Program-made: the position numbers and the translations under genes | Source: an uncultured Planctomycetales bacterium | GTDB taxonomy: Bacteria > Planctomycetota > MHYJ01 > JACPRB01 | Direction: 5' to 3' | Assembly: GCA_964526305.1 (NCBI GenBank) | Contig: CAZGKV010000003.1 | Coordinates: 3,451 to 67,450 of the forward strand | DNA length: 64,000 nucleotides | Notes under the pieces: model-generated | Told to the model about the DNA's origin: nothing | Seen by the model: the letters and a program-made list of their open reading frames with translations, nothing else | Databases searched by the model: none | Shown here: positions 37,631 to 46,688 of the stretch, one piece after another | How the letters are laid out: every line of letters begins with the position of its first letter | How positions within the stretch are numbered: the stretch's first letter is position 1

Positions 37631-38974
37631 TCACGGCGCCTGCTGAGCGACGGCACATCCCGTCGACGTCGCGGTGGAGGTCGACGTGGCAACCGTCGGG
37701 CTTTGAGCGGCTCCGCTTCCCAGGGTGGAGGTATCCGTCACCGTCGCAGAGGTGGTCGAGGAACCGGCGGCCGAGTCGATTCCGAGAGGGGGCACGGTCC
37801 CGTCGCTCGCCAACCGCAGGACCCAGAAGTCTTTGCCCCCGGACCCGTACGATTCAGTCCGCCCGGCGATCGCAATCGATCCATCGGAGGCTGTCCGAAG
37901 CGACAGGGCCGCATCGTTGGAGATGCCTCCATAGGCGCGCTGCCAGGAGATCGCTCCGGTACTCGTGAGGGACACCACCCACCCCTGACCGTCCGTCGCT
38001 GTTCCCGTACTCCCGGCGAAGAGGATACCGCCCGAATCGAGCTGCCGAACGGAATACGCGTAATCGGGACTCGAAGCGACGCCAATTTGTTTCTGCCACT
38101 CGAGAGCGCCGGCGCCGGAGAGTTTCAGGAGCCAGGCATCCCACGCACCCGCGCTGGTGCGCCCGGCCACGATGTACCCTCCGTCGGTCGTTTGGTGAAT
38201 CGAGTCCGCTAGATCGCTGGCGCTTCCGTTCCCGTAGGCATATTGCCAGGTCACGGCCCCCGAGTTCGAGAGCTTGACGACCCAGATGTTGTAGGGACCG
38301 GCCCCCTCTTCGACGACCCCGGCAAAAACGTATCCCCCGTCAGAGGTCTGCTGGATGCTCTTCGCCTGATCCAGCCCCGCGCCGCCGTAGGCCCGCTCCC
38401 AATCGAGGCTGAGGTCGGCATTGAGTTTCAAGATCCAGGCATCGTCGTTATTGACCCCGATCTGGCCGGCCACGACATAGCCCCCATCCGTAGTTTGCTG
38501 AATCGCCCATCCGATCTCGGAGGTGGAAGTCCCGTAACTCTTCTGATTCTGGATCTCTCCCGTCGATTCGAGCTTCAGCACCCAGACGTCGCTGATCCCC
38601 GCAGCGAAAGAATTCGTGGAACCCACTACGGCATAGCCGCCATCGTTCGTCGTACAAACCCCATAGGCACGATCGGTGGATGCCCCTCCGTACGCCTTCT
38701 GCCATTCGACGGCACCCTCGGCCGAGAGTTTCACCGCCCAGAGATCCTCGCTGCCGTGCCCGAAGCTCGTCGTCCATCCCACGACGATCATCCCGTCGTC
38801 CCCAGTCGGACACACCGCGCCGGCCTCCTCCGTGCCGGTTCCACCATAGGACCTGGCCCACGGAGTGACGACCTCCGTTTCGCCGCTGTCCGTGTCTTCG
38901 CCAGAAGACCCTCCGCCACCTGAGCCACATCCGACGAGTACGAGCGTCATGCAGAATCGGCTGATGGATCGCAC
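37631..38974 (-). CDS. lipoprotein with seven ~50-aa beta-propeller-type repeats (SBBP/PQQ-like)
   Basis: Lipobox LVGC plus G/S linker. Repeats of W.KAYGG...D.A.S..QT.DGGY.VAG.T.S.G....D.W.LKL...G...W. Confidence 0.7.
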   Translation of the reverse strand: MRSISRFCMTLVLVGCGSGGGGSSGEDTDSGETEVVTPWARSYGGTGTEEAGAVCPTGDDGMIVVGWTTSFGHGSEDLWAVKLSAEGAVEWQKAYGGASTDRAYGVCTTNDGGYAVVGSTNSFAAGISDVWVLKLESTGEIQNQKSYGTSTSEIGWAIQQTTDGGYVVAGQIGVNNDDAWILKLNADLSLDWERAYGGAGLDQAKSIQQTSDGGYVFAGVVEEGAGPYNIWVVKLSNSGAVTWQYAYGNGSASDLADSIHQTTDGGYIVAGRTSAGAWDAWLLKLSGAGALEWQKQIGVASSPDYAYSVRQLDSGGILFAGSTGTATDGQGWVVSLTSTGAISWQRAYGGISNDAALSLRTASDGSIAIAGRTESYGSGGKDFWVLRLASDGTVPPLGIDSAAGSSTTSATVTDTSTLGSGAAQSPTVATSTSTATSTGCAVAQQAP

Positions 38975-39054
38975 AGCGGACCTCCTGTTGTGTCTCCCTC
39001 TCCTGTCTGCAGTTCGGGGTTCTTTCAGGAAAGGATTCGGGCAAGACGCCGGGC

Positions 39055-42000
39055 TTATCGATGGCCGGACTTGCGGTTCAGCTGATCCAACGCCTGGCGT
39101 GCTTGGCGATTCCGCGGATCCAAACTCAGGGCTCGGATGAAATCAGCCCGGGCCGCGTCCTCTTCCTCGAGGGCGATCCATACGAACCCCCGCCGGATCC
39201 AACCCTCCGCGAATCGAGGACGACGATTCACGGCTTCATTGCAATCCAGAAGCGCGCCTCGCGGATCCCCTATGGTCATCCGAACCCAGGCTCGCTCGAG
39301 CCAGGCCACATCGGCGCCGGAAGGATCGACCTCGATCGCGCGGTTCAAATCGAAAAGGGCTCCGGAGAAGTCCCGCCGCGAAGCCCGGACGTACCCGCGA
39401 AGAAACCACGCCTCTGCCGTACGCGGATTCCATGCCAAACTCTGATTCGCGTCCGTCCACGTACGGTCGAGATTGCCCTGTCGCTTCCATGTTCCCGCGC
39501 GCAGGCACCACATCCTGGCCGAACTCGGCCGAAGCCGAAGCGCCCCCGTGAAGTCTCGGAGGGCTCCGGAGAAGTCTCCCAATCCGCGTCGGACCAACCC
39601 CGCATCGTGATAGAGATCCGGATCGGCGGGATCGCTTTCGATCGCCTCCGCGAAGTCCGTGAGGGCGCCTCTGAGGTCTCCGAGCCTGACGCGGGTCCGC
39701 GCTCGGATGGCCAACGCGTACCGGTTCCGCGGTTGCCGGTGAAGCGCCAGGGTTGCATCGAGGAAGGCGCCCGCATGATCTTTGAGGAGTGCCCGAAGCC
39801 GGGCCCGCTTCGTATACGCCGGAACGTAGTCCGGATTGAATCGAAGAGCCTCCTCCAAGTCTTGAAGTGCCCCGATCGAATCGCCTCTCTCAAGACGCGC
39901 GCTGGCTCGACCGGCATACGCCATGCTGAACCCCGGACGGATGTGAAGAGCGGCGGTGAAATCGGATATCGCCTCCTCCCACCGACCCATTTGGTGATGG
40001 AGCACCCCTCGGCCCGTGTACGCCCAGTACAGACGAGGATCTTGCTCGATCGATTTTCCATAATCCGTCAGAGCCTCGCGATTCCGTCCTCCCTCGTGGT
40101 AGAGCTCGCCCCGGAAGAGGAAGAGCCACGGGGCATAGGGACGGATTTGAACCGCCTTGGTCAGATCCACAATCGGATCTCGATCGCTTCCGTGTCGGAG
40201 CATCGCCAGCGCGACCCAAAACTCCTCCACGCCCGGAGCATCGCCGAACGTCTCGACGCCTTCACGGGCCAGCCGGCAGTTCTGGTGGTGTTGGTCGTCC
40301 TCGGATTGGTGTATTCGGGCAAGGTGAAGTTCGATGGGAGTTGCCCCCTCCCACCCTCGGATCGCTCTGCGGAAATGGCGTGAAGCCTGCGCCAGCATCT
40401 TGTGAATCTCAGAGTTCGGCGACGGATCCTCGCTGTCTCGCAGGCGGGCAATGAGGGAGCGGTCCAAGTACACCCTTCCGAGATACGCCGCTACCCGGGC
40501 GTCGTCCGGAGACCGATGCGCCGCCTCCAGAAGGGCCTCTTCCGCTCGCGCGAGATCCCCCAAGACGTACCAACCCATCCCGATCGTCGCCCACACCTCG
40601 GAGTGGGAGCGAAACGCGGGATCCGCCGCGAAGGACTCGAACTCGAGAAGCGCCTTCTCCAATTCCTCAAGGTGAGCGCGGACATTCGCGTTCGGGATAT
40701 AGAACATCGTGCGCGACTTCTCGATCTTGGCTTGGAGACGCGGGATCCATTCTCCCTGAAACGCCAGGTATCGTCGCCGGCCCTCTTCTTCCGCCTCGAC
40801 GGTCCGAAGTCGCGCGCGGCTCTCCTCTCGAATCCCCTCGAGCGCAGGATCGGGTCGAATCCCGAGCGCCCGATCGCATTCGACCATGGCGCGGCCCCAC
40901 TCTCCCTCCGCAAAGGCGCGCTGCGCCGAGTCTCGACTTCGGTCGAACTCCCGCCGCCGCACGACCTGGCCCACGGTGACGGCCGTGGTGAAGGCCCCGG
41001 CCAGCGCCGCGATCGACGCCGCCACCAGCACGGGCTGCCGCGCCAGCTTTCGACGCAGGAGGAAGAACACGCTGGGCGGTCTCGCCCGGATCGGCTCCCC
41101 CCGGCGGAATCTCCCCAAGTCCTCCGCGAACTCCGTCGCATTCCGATACCGCCGGTTCTTCTCCTTCGACATCGCCTTGAGACAGATGATCTCCACGTCC
41201 CGCGCGATCGTCCGATTCAACGAAGACGGCCGCGCCGGTTCTTCCCTGACGATCTTCGTGTACACCTCCACCGCCGTCCTCCCTCGGAACGGCAGCGATC
41301 CCGTCAGGATCTCGTACAGCATCACGCCCAACGCGTGCACGTCCGTCCTCGCATCCACCTCCCTCACCCGCCCCTCCGCCTGCTCCGGCGCCATGTATTG
41401 CGGCGTCCCCAACAGCTCGTTCGTCCCCGTCAGCTTCGTCACGAAGCTCTCCGCCTTCGCCAGCCCGAAGTCCGTCAGCATCACCCTCCCCCCCCGCTCC
41501 ACCAACACGTTCGCCGGCTTCAGATCCCGGTGCACGATTCCCTTCTCGTGCGCATGCCCCACCGCCCTCGCCACCTCCTCCAGCATCCGCATCAGCTCCG
41601 GCTTCGCCGTCCTTCCTTCCCCCATCAACGCCGCCAGCGTCGGCCCCTCGATGTAGTCCATCGCGATGAAATGCGTCGGCTCCCCCTCCGGCCCCTCCGC
41701 CACCCCCACCTCGTGCACCGTCACGATGTTCGCATGTCTCAGTTGCGCCGCGATCGACGCCTCCCGGTGCAGCCGTCTCACCGTTTCCGGTGCCGCGTCC
41801 CCATGCCGCAGCACCTTCAGCGCCACCCGCCTCTTGAGCTCCGGATCGTCCGCCTCGTACACGATCCCCATCCCTCCCCGCGCGATTTCCCGCAGCAGCC
41901 GATACCGCCCCACCTTCCGCACCCCTGGCTCTTCCGGAGCGTGCAAGCGATCCAGGATCTCCAGATAGTGCCGGGGCGAGAGGAGTCCTTGGCGAAGCAA

Positions 42001-42174
42001 GACCTCGCCTATGCGCCCGGAGTCTCCCGGCCGACGACATTCTTCTTGCGCCGCCTCGATCTCCTCCGCCGACAGCCCCGCGATTTGCCGGGCCGCTTCG
42101 GCGAACTTTTCCACCGACGCGATTCCCCACGCGTCGGCCAGGAGGTTCCGATGGGGAGCTGGGAGCGAGACCAT
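39055..42174 (-). CDS. Ser/Thr protein kinase with TM segment and extensive C-terminal TPR array
   Basis: Start reassigned to ATG 42174 (MVSLPAPHRNLL..., homologous to the start of the 34064 paralog). The ORF track runs to 42240 and would overlap the divergent sigma gene. Kinase motifs and at least 12 TPR units. Confidence 0.85.
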   Translation of the reverse strand: MVSLPAPHRNLLADAWGIASVEKFAEAARQIAGLSAEEIEAAQEECRRPGDSGRIGEVLLRQGLLSPRHYLEILDRLHAPEEPGVRKVGRYRLLREIARGGMGIVYEADDPELKRRVALKVLRHGDAAPETVRRLHREASIAAQLRHANIVTVHEVGVAEGPEGEPTHFIAMDYIEGPTLAALMGEGRTAKPELMRMLEEVARAVGHAHEKGIVHRDLKPANVLVERGGRVMLTDFGLAKAESFVTKLTGTNELLGTPQYMAPEQAEGRVREVDARTDVHALGVMLYEILTGSLPFRGRTAVEVYTKIVREEPARPSSLNRTIARDVEIICLKAMSKEKNRRYRNATEFAEDLGRFRRGEPIRARPPSVFFLLRRKLARQPVLVAASIAALAGAFTTAVTVGQVVRRREFDRSRDSAQRAFAEGEWGRAMVECDRALGIRPDPALEGIREESRARLRTVEAEEEGRRRYLAFQGEWIPRLQAKIEKSRTMFYIPNANVRAHLEELEKALLEFESFAADPAFRSHSEVWATIGMGWYVLGDLARAEEALLEAAHRSPDDARVAAYLGRVYLDRSLIARLRDSEDPSPNSEIHKMLAQASRHFRRAIRGWEGATPIELHLARIHQSEDDQHHQNCRLAREGVETFGDAPGVEEFWVALAMLRHGSDRDPIVDLTKAVQIRPYAPWLFLFRGELYHEGGRNREALTDYGKSIEQDPRLYWAYTGRGVLHHQMGRWEEAISDFTAALHIRPGFSMAYAGRASARLERGDSIGALQDLEEALRFNPDYVPAYTKRARLRALLKDHAGAFLDATLALHRQPRNRYALAIRARTRVRLGDLRGALTDFAEAIESDPADPDLYHDAGLVRRGLGDFSGALRDFTGALRLRPSSARMWCLRAGTWKRQGNLDRTWTDANQSLAWNPRTAEAWFLRGYVRASRRDFSGALFDLNRAIEVDPSGADVAWLERAWVRMTIGDPRGALLDCNEAVNRRPRFAEGWIRRGFVWIALEEEDAARADFIRALSLDPRNRQARQALDQLNRKSGHR

Positions 42175-42220
42175 AGGATACGAATCAGTATACCTGGGTT
42201 CGGGATGATATGATTCGGAT

Positions 42221-42964
42221 GTGACGGGGCCGCTGGACACTTCGCTCGGGGGCGACGCGCGAGGATTCCCCTCGACCCACTGGAGCCTGCTGCGCGACGC
42301 CCGTAACCGCGACGCACCTGCCTACCGTCAGGCTTTGGAAGATTTGTGCCGGCGTTATTGGAAGCCCGCCTACTGCTTTGCCCGAGCCACTCGCGACCTC
42401 TCGAACGAGGAGGCGAAGGATGCGGTCCAGGAGTTCTTTGCGGAGTTGATCGAAGGGGACTTCTTTGCGCGATTCTCTCCGGAACGCGGTAGCTTTCGCG
42501 CCTATCTCAAGGGAGCGCTCACCCTCTTTCTCCTGGAGCGCCGGCGAAAGGCGGGAGCGCAGAAGCGCGGAGGCACGCGAAAGATTCTCGGCCTGGAGGA
42601 TTCCGACTTCACCCGCGCGGAGGCGGAGGCTCGCCGCGAAGGAGAATCGCCCGAGGCCGCCTTCGACCGGCAATGGGCCATGGACGCGATCGATCACGCC
42701 CTTCGCGATCTCGAGGAGGAGTACGGCCGATCGAATCGCGATTCCTGGTTCGCGGTCTTCCGCCGCTACGAGTGGGGAACGCCGGGCACCTATGCGGACT
42801 TGGCCCGAGAGTTCGGAATCGCGGAGTCGGAGGTCGGGTCCGCGCTCGCCCACGCGCGGCGGCGCTTCCGCGAGCTCTTCCTCGATCGCATCCGGGCCTA
42901 CACCGACAGCGAGGGGGAGGCCGCCACGGAATTGGCTTGGATTCTCTCGCTCCTGGGGCGATAA
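42221..42964 (+). CDS. ECF-like sigma-70 family sigma factor, Ser/Thr-kinase-associated type
   Basis: GTG start. Paralog of 25956-26669 (...LCRRYWKPAYCFARAT...EAKDAVQEFFAELIEGDF...TYADLAREFGIAESEVGSALAHARRRFRELF). Divergently adjacent to the kinase at 39055. Confidence 0.65.
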   Translation: MTGPLDTSLGGDARGFPSTHWSLLRDARNRDAPAYRQALEDLCRRYWKPAYCFARATRDLSNEEAKDAVQEFFAELIEGDFFARFSPERGSFRAYLKGALTLFLLERRRKAGAQKRGGTRKILGLEDSDFTRAEAEARREGESPEAAFDRQWAMDAIDHALRDLEEEYGRSNRDSWFAVFRRYEWGTPGTYADLAREFGIAESEVGSALAHARRRFRELFLDRIRAYTDSEGEAATELAWILSLLGR

Positions 42965-43030
42965 GGTCCTTCGGAAAAGGAGGCGCGTGGGGTCCGGTGT
43001 GTGGACCCCACGCGTGCCTGTGGTGGTGGT

Positions 43031-45514
43031 TTACCAGAATTTGAGCTTGCGGATCGCGCCGACGACTCCTCGCCGCACCGCGCTTGCGCCGCGCTTGGCG
43101 GCGTTCCAGGTCTCCGACGCCCGGTCGGCCGTCCAGGAACCCGCGGCCTTCATCCCCTGCCAAGTCGCCGCCAGGGCACGGTCGACGTAGGGGGTGATCT
43201 TTTCCGCGCCCCAGAGCATGACCGCGACCTGCGCGATCTCGAGCGCCCCGATGCCGACCCAACCTACCGGGCCGGCCGCAATGAGCGCGGGATAGACGGC
43301 TGCCCGGAGAGCGGCCTTGACGGGCATCATCGCCAGCATGGAAACCCCGAAGGACGTCGCATCCGTTGCGACGGCCCGGAGACTCTTCTGTCCGGAGGCG
43401 GCATGCATGATCGCCACTCCGGCATAGAGGGGCAGGGAGAAGCGCGTCACCGACGCCAGGGCGCCGCGCATCCCCAAGGCGGCTACGCCGCGGGTCGTGA
43501 CGTACTCGAGGCCCGCAAAAAGGCCGAACCCGCCGATGAAGGACGGTGAGAGCAGTCCCTTCGCGGCATCTCGGATACGGCCGGGATCGCCGTGCCAGAG
43601 GGCCTGCACCGTCTCCTTGAGCATCACCCCGCCGGCGAAGAATCCCATGCCGAGGGCACCGCGTCCCATCGCGCCCGCCGCCCGACCGAGCGCCGCTCGG
43701 TGGGGCTTCGCCGATGCGCCGCGGCCGTAGAGTTCCGGCCACCGGCTGCGGATCTCTTTCGCGAGCTCTGCGTCGCTTATCTTCGAAACCTCTTCGTGCC
43801 GGAATAGGGAGCGGAGTCCGGCCTTCTTGGCGAATGCGGCCTCGGCGCGGAAAGCCTCGACTTCACTTGCCGTCCGGCCGGTCTTGACGAATCCGTACGC
43901 ATGCGTGGCCTCGTGCACGAGCTCGACCGCAAGGCTCTTCGCCGAATTCTCGCGGACCAGGAAGACTTCGGCTCCCAGCGCCCCGGCCCCGCGGCTTCCG
44001 AGCTTCTTGGCATCGACCCAGTACACGCGGATTTCGCCCTGCCGTACCGCCTCGGCCAGATGGCGGGTGCCCGGACGATCGAGCCACCGGAGGACCTCGG
44101 CAAGCTTTTGGTCGGCGAAGGCGTCGGCCCGAGCGATCGGGGCACGTGTCCCCGTCCAGTTTTCCCACGTGCGACGGAGGCTGAGCCGGCGCCGGATCTT
44201 CGAAAGAAACGGCCGGTCCTTCGGACGCGAAGCCACTCCGTCGAACTCCGCCATTCCAAGTTCCTTGGCCTCGACGAGCTTGCCCTCGCCGTCGAAGAGT
44301 TCCATCTTGAAGCGGTCGTTGTAGCGCTTGTGTACTCGGCCGACCCGCACGATCCCCTCCGCCGTCTGGATCTCGGCGAGCTCGATCGTCGCTCCGTCGA
44401 CCTTGACTGTGCCCTCCGACGCGATGCGGACCTCGTACATCACGAAGGGATTGTCCAGGCCGCCCCACGTGTCTCCGCGGCCGGGCTCGTAGAAGTCCGC
44501 CACCCGGACTTGGGCCCCGACCGCCTTGAGCGGATCGGGAAAGTGGTTCCGCACGAACCGCTCGTAGGGGGTCCATTCCAATCCGAGCTCTCCGAGGAGC
44601 TTGCGGAACTCCGCCTCCGCCACCGTCGGGCTCCGAAGCGCATCGCGCTGGGCCTGAGTGAACTTGTGCGGCTCGATCGGCTTTCCCTTCGCCTCGAGGT
44701 GCTTGAGATACCGACCGAGGAAGCGCGCCTCGTCGTAGAGATCCTTCGGTCCCGACTGACCGCAGAACAACCGGACTTCGACCGTCGGCGGAGAGTCGGT
44801 CCACAAGTTCGTAAGGTTGACGTCCCGATAGCGCTGGCTGCCGAAGATCGGCTTCAGCGCGTCCAGGACGTCCTGATACTCGTACTTCCCTTTGGCCGCC
44901 GCCTTCCGGTCGATGGCCTCGATCACATCGATGAAGGCGTCCTGCTCGCCGCGTTCGAAGAGCGTCCGAGCGTTGTAGTGATCTCCCAGATCGTTGAAGA
45001 TCCCCTCGATGTAGGCCCGGTTGTGGATATCGACGAGGAGATTCCGCAGAAGAAGCGGGTTGTCCACGAAGATCTTCTTGTCGACGTGGATGTGTCCTCC
45101 GGTGCCCCACTTCGGATTGTCGGGGAGTTTCGTCTTGAGACCCACCGCCCACATCGCTTCATAGAGGGGGGTCATCTTCCGAACCACGTCGCTCAACTTC
45201 ATCGGGGGAGGCTGAACTTCGATGACTCCCGGATCCGTTCCGATGTTCCACTTCTGTCCTTCCCACTCGATCACATGGCCGTAGCCGTTATCTCTTCGCG
45301 AACCGGGCATGCGCGCCAGGAGCTCGTTGATGAGCGCGTCGCGCTTTGCCTCACGGGCCGTGCTGCTGACGCTCCAGTCGTCGCTGTAGATGTTGTCGTC
45401 CGTCGCCGTCGGTTCGAATCCGAAGATCAGAGCATCTTCCCGTACTTCCTGAGCTTGGGCGAGACCGAGGGATGCGACCGTGAGCAGGAGGATCCAAGAA
45501 GGGCGCCGCACCAT
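43031..45514 (-). CDS. large secreted protein, paralog A of a three-member family (shared C-terminal glycine-zipper-rich module; HExxH motif; N-terminal module with HIHVD motif)
   Basis: RBS AAGGAAG. Signal peptide MVRRPSWILLLTVASLGLAQAQE. HEATH in ...SLAVELVHEATHAYGF... The C-terminal ~250 aa (GAMGRGALGMGFFAGGVM..., SFIGGFGLFAGLEYV..., PVGWVGIGALEIAQVAVMLWGAEKITPYV..., ends AIRKLKFW) are conserved with paralogs B and C. Confidence 0.8.
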   Translation of the reverse strand: MVRRPSWILLLTVASLGLAQAQEVREDALIFGFEPTATDDNIYSDDWSVSSTAREAKRDALINELLARMPGSRRDNGYGHVIEWEGQKWNIGTDPGVIEVQPPPMKLSDVVRKMTPLYEAMWAVGLKTKLPDNPKWGTGGHIHVDKKIFVDNPLLLRNLLVDIHNRAYIEGIFNDLGDHYNARTLFERGEQDAFIDVIEAIDRKAAAKGKYEYQDVLDALKPIFGSQRYRDVNLTNLWTDSPPTVEVRLFCGQSGPKDLYDEARFLGRYLKHLEAKGKPIEPHKFTQAQRDALRSPTVAEAEFRKLLGELGLEWTPYERFVRNHFPDPLKAVGAQVRVADFYEPGRGDTWGGLDNPFVMYEVRIASEGTVKVDGATIELAEIQTAEGIVRVGRVHKRYNDRFKMELFDGEGKLVEAKELGMAEFDGVASRPKDRPFLSKIRRRLSLRRTWENWTGTRAPIARADAFADQKLAEVLRWLDRPGTRHLAEAVRQGEIRVYWVDAKKLGSRGAGALGAEVFLVRENSAKSLAVELVHEATHAYGFVKTGRTASEVEAFRAEAAFAKKAGLRSLFRHEEVSKISDAELAKEIRSRWPELYGRGASAKPHRAALGRAAGAMGRGALGMGFFAGGVMLKETVQALWHGDPGRIRDAAKGLLSPSFIGGFGLFAGLEYVTTRGVAALGMRGALASVTRFSLPLYAGVAIMHAASGQKSLRAVATDATSFGVSMLAMMPVKAALRAAVYPALIAAGPVGWVGIGALEIAQVAVMLWGAEKITPYVDRALAATWQGMKAAGSWTADRASETWNAAKRGASAVRRGVVGAIRKLKFW

Positions 45515-45577
45515 GGCTTTCTTCCTTGAGTTCTAGGCCAAGAGGACCGACCACCACACCTGCCGGTGCCCAGGGTA

Positions 45578-45594
45578 TTGCAACCGCCGTGCCA
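45578..45594 (-). promoter_or_regulatory. sigma-54 (-24/-12) promoter for paralog A
   Basis: Minus-strand sequence CTGGCACGGCGGTTGCAA, i.e. TGGCACG-N4-TTGCA, a full consensus match with correct GG/GC spacing. Lies about 54 nt upstream of the ATG of paralog A. Confidence 0.6.
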
Positions 45595-45702
45595 GGGACC
45601 GCCCGAGGGAAGCGCCTTCCGAAAACGCCCGCTTTCGGCCATCGTTGCCCGCCTCCGGGCGGCCGCCATGGCGCAATGCGTCACGCCGAAGGGAAACCGA
45701 AG

Positions 45703-45718
45703 TGGCACACCCGTTGCA
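45703..45718 (+). promoter_or_regulatory. sigma-54 (-24/-12) promoter for the 45795-52055 operon
   Basis: TGGCACACCCGTTGCA, i.e. TGGCAC-N5-TTGCA with GG and GC at consensus spacing. About 65 nt upstream of RBS/ATG 45795. Arranged divergently from the minus-strand promoter. Confidence 0.6.
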
Positions 45719-45794
45719 TTACCCCCGCTGCCCCCGGTTCCGGTGTCGTGGTGGTGCACGCCGCGGGGGAGTGGTGGATTGAGGAGAACGCCCC

Positions 45795-46688
45795 ATGTCC
45801 CGCGAACACGTATGGAAGTTCGGATGGATCGCCCCTGCTTTGCTCTTGGTCCTCCTGGCCGCACTGCTCTTGCGCCCCACGCAGGATTCCAAGGAACCCA
45901 AGCCGCGGAGCGCGACTTCGAAGATGCAGGTCCAGGAGACGACGCCTTCTCTGGAGAATCACGCTTCGCGGAACCCGGCATCCACGGAGCGGAAGCAGCC
46001 GCGACTTCGCGCCGAGGACACGGAAGAAGAGGATGAGTTGGAAGTCCACGAGAGGAGCGCCGCGGACGTCATCGCGGCCGATCCCTTGAAGTCCTCCCTC
46101 AAGACGGCTCTGACGCGGTTCGCCTCCCTTAAGTCCTACAGCTACTTGATCTCCGTGACGGTCTACGAGAACGGAAAGCCGATCCTCGAAACCAAGTCGG
46201 GCGGACAGGTAAAGGACCAGCAGATCGTGATGGGACTCACGGAAGTCCAGGGGGAAGTCTTCGAGGTGGCGAGCCGCGGTGCCGAATCGCGGATCCGCAG
46301 ACCGGGGGAGGAGTGGAGCGAGGCTGAGAACGGATGGTACGAGGCGGGAGAGGTCGACCCGCGGGCCGCCGAGATGGCCGAGGCGTGGGCCGATCCCGTC
46401 CTCGCATCCATGCCGCTCCGATCCGCCCCGACCGAAAACGTCGGCGGAGTGGACTGCAGCGCGATGACGCTCAATCTCGAAGGCGCGCTGCCGGGCGACG
46501 AGAACGTGAAGTCCGGCTCGGGCGCGAGCGCCGTCACCTTCGTCGTCGATCCCGACGGTCAGATCCGCCGGTGGCGACTGACGATGGAGATGAACCAGGA
46601 CGGAAAGAAAATGAAGACCGTCGCGGAGGCGGACTTCTCGGGTTTCGATGCTCCTTGGACCGTTCCTCTTCCGGAGTGGATGCAATGA
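45795..46688 (+). CDS. N-terminally membrane-anchored hypothetical protein, translationally coupled to paralog B
   Basis: RBS GAGGAG. TM helix WIAPALLLVLLAALLL followed by an acidic, low-complexity region and a ~180-aa C-terminal domain. Stop overlaps the start of the next gene (ATGA). Confidence 0.6.
   Translation: MSREHVWKFGWIAPALLLVLLAALLLRPTQDSKEPKPRSATSKMQVQETTPSLENHASRNPASTERKQPRLRAEDTEEEDELEVHERSAADVIAADPLKSSLKTALTRFASLKSYSYLISVTVYENGKPILETKSGGQVKDQQIVMGLTEVQGEVFEVASRGAESRIRRPGEEWSEAENGWYEAGEVDPRAAEMAEAWADPVLASMPLRSAPTENVGGVDCSAMTLNLEGALPGDENVKSGSGASAVTFVVDPDGQIRRWRLTMEMNQDGKKMKTVAEADFSGFDAPWTVPLPEWMQ

Noticed and set aside
40667-42130. 487-aa minus-strand ORF rich in GGGGAGG runs (and its sibling 37167-37529)
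   Set aside because: It is an alternative frame inside the kinase gene 39055-42174, which has full kinase and TPR motifs. It is a GC3-driven open frame.
45526-46089. 187-aa plus-strand ORF (and 45566-46036, 45427-45981 minus) in the paralog-locus intergenic region
   Set aside because: They overlap the two sigma-54 promoters and the start of gene 45795, have no RBS, and are Pro/Arg-rich. They are treated as spurious.
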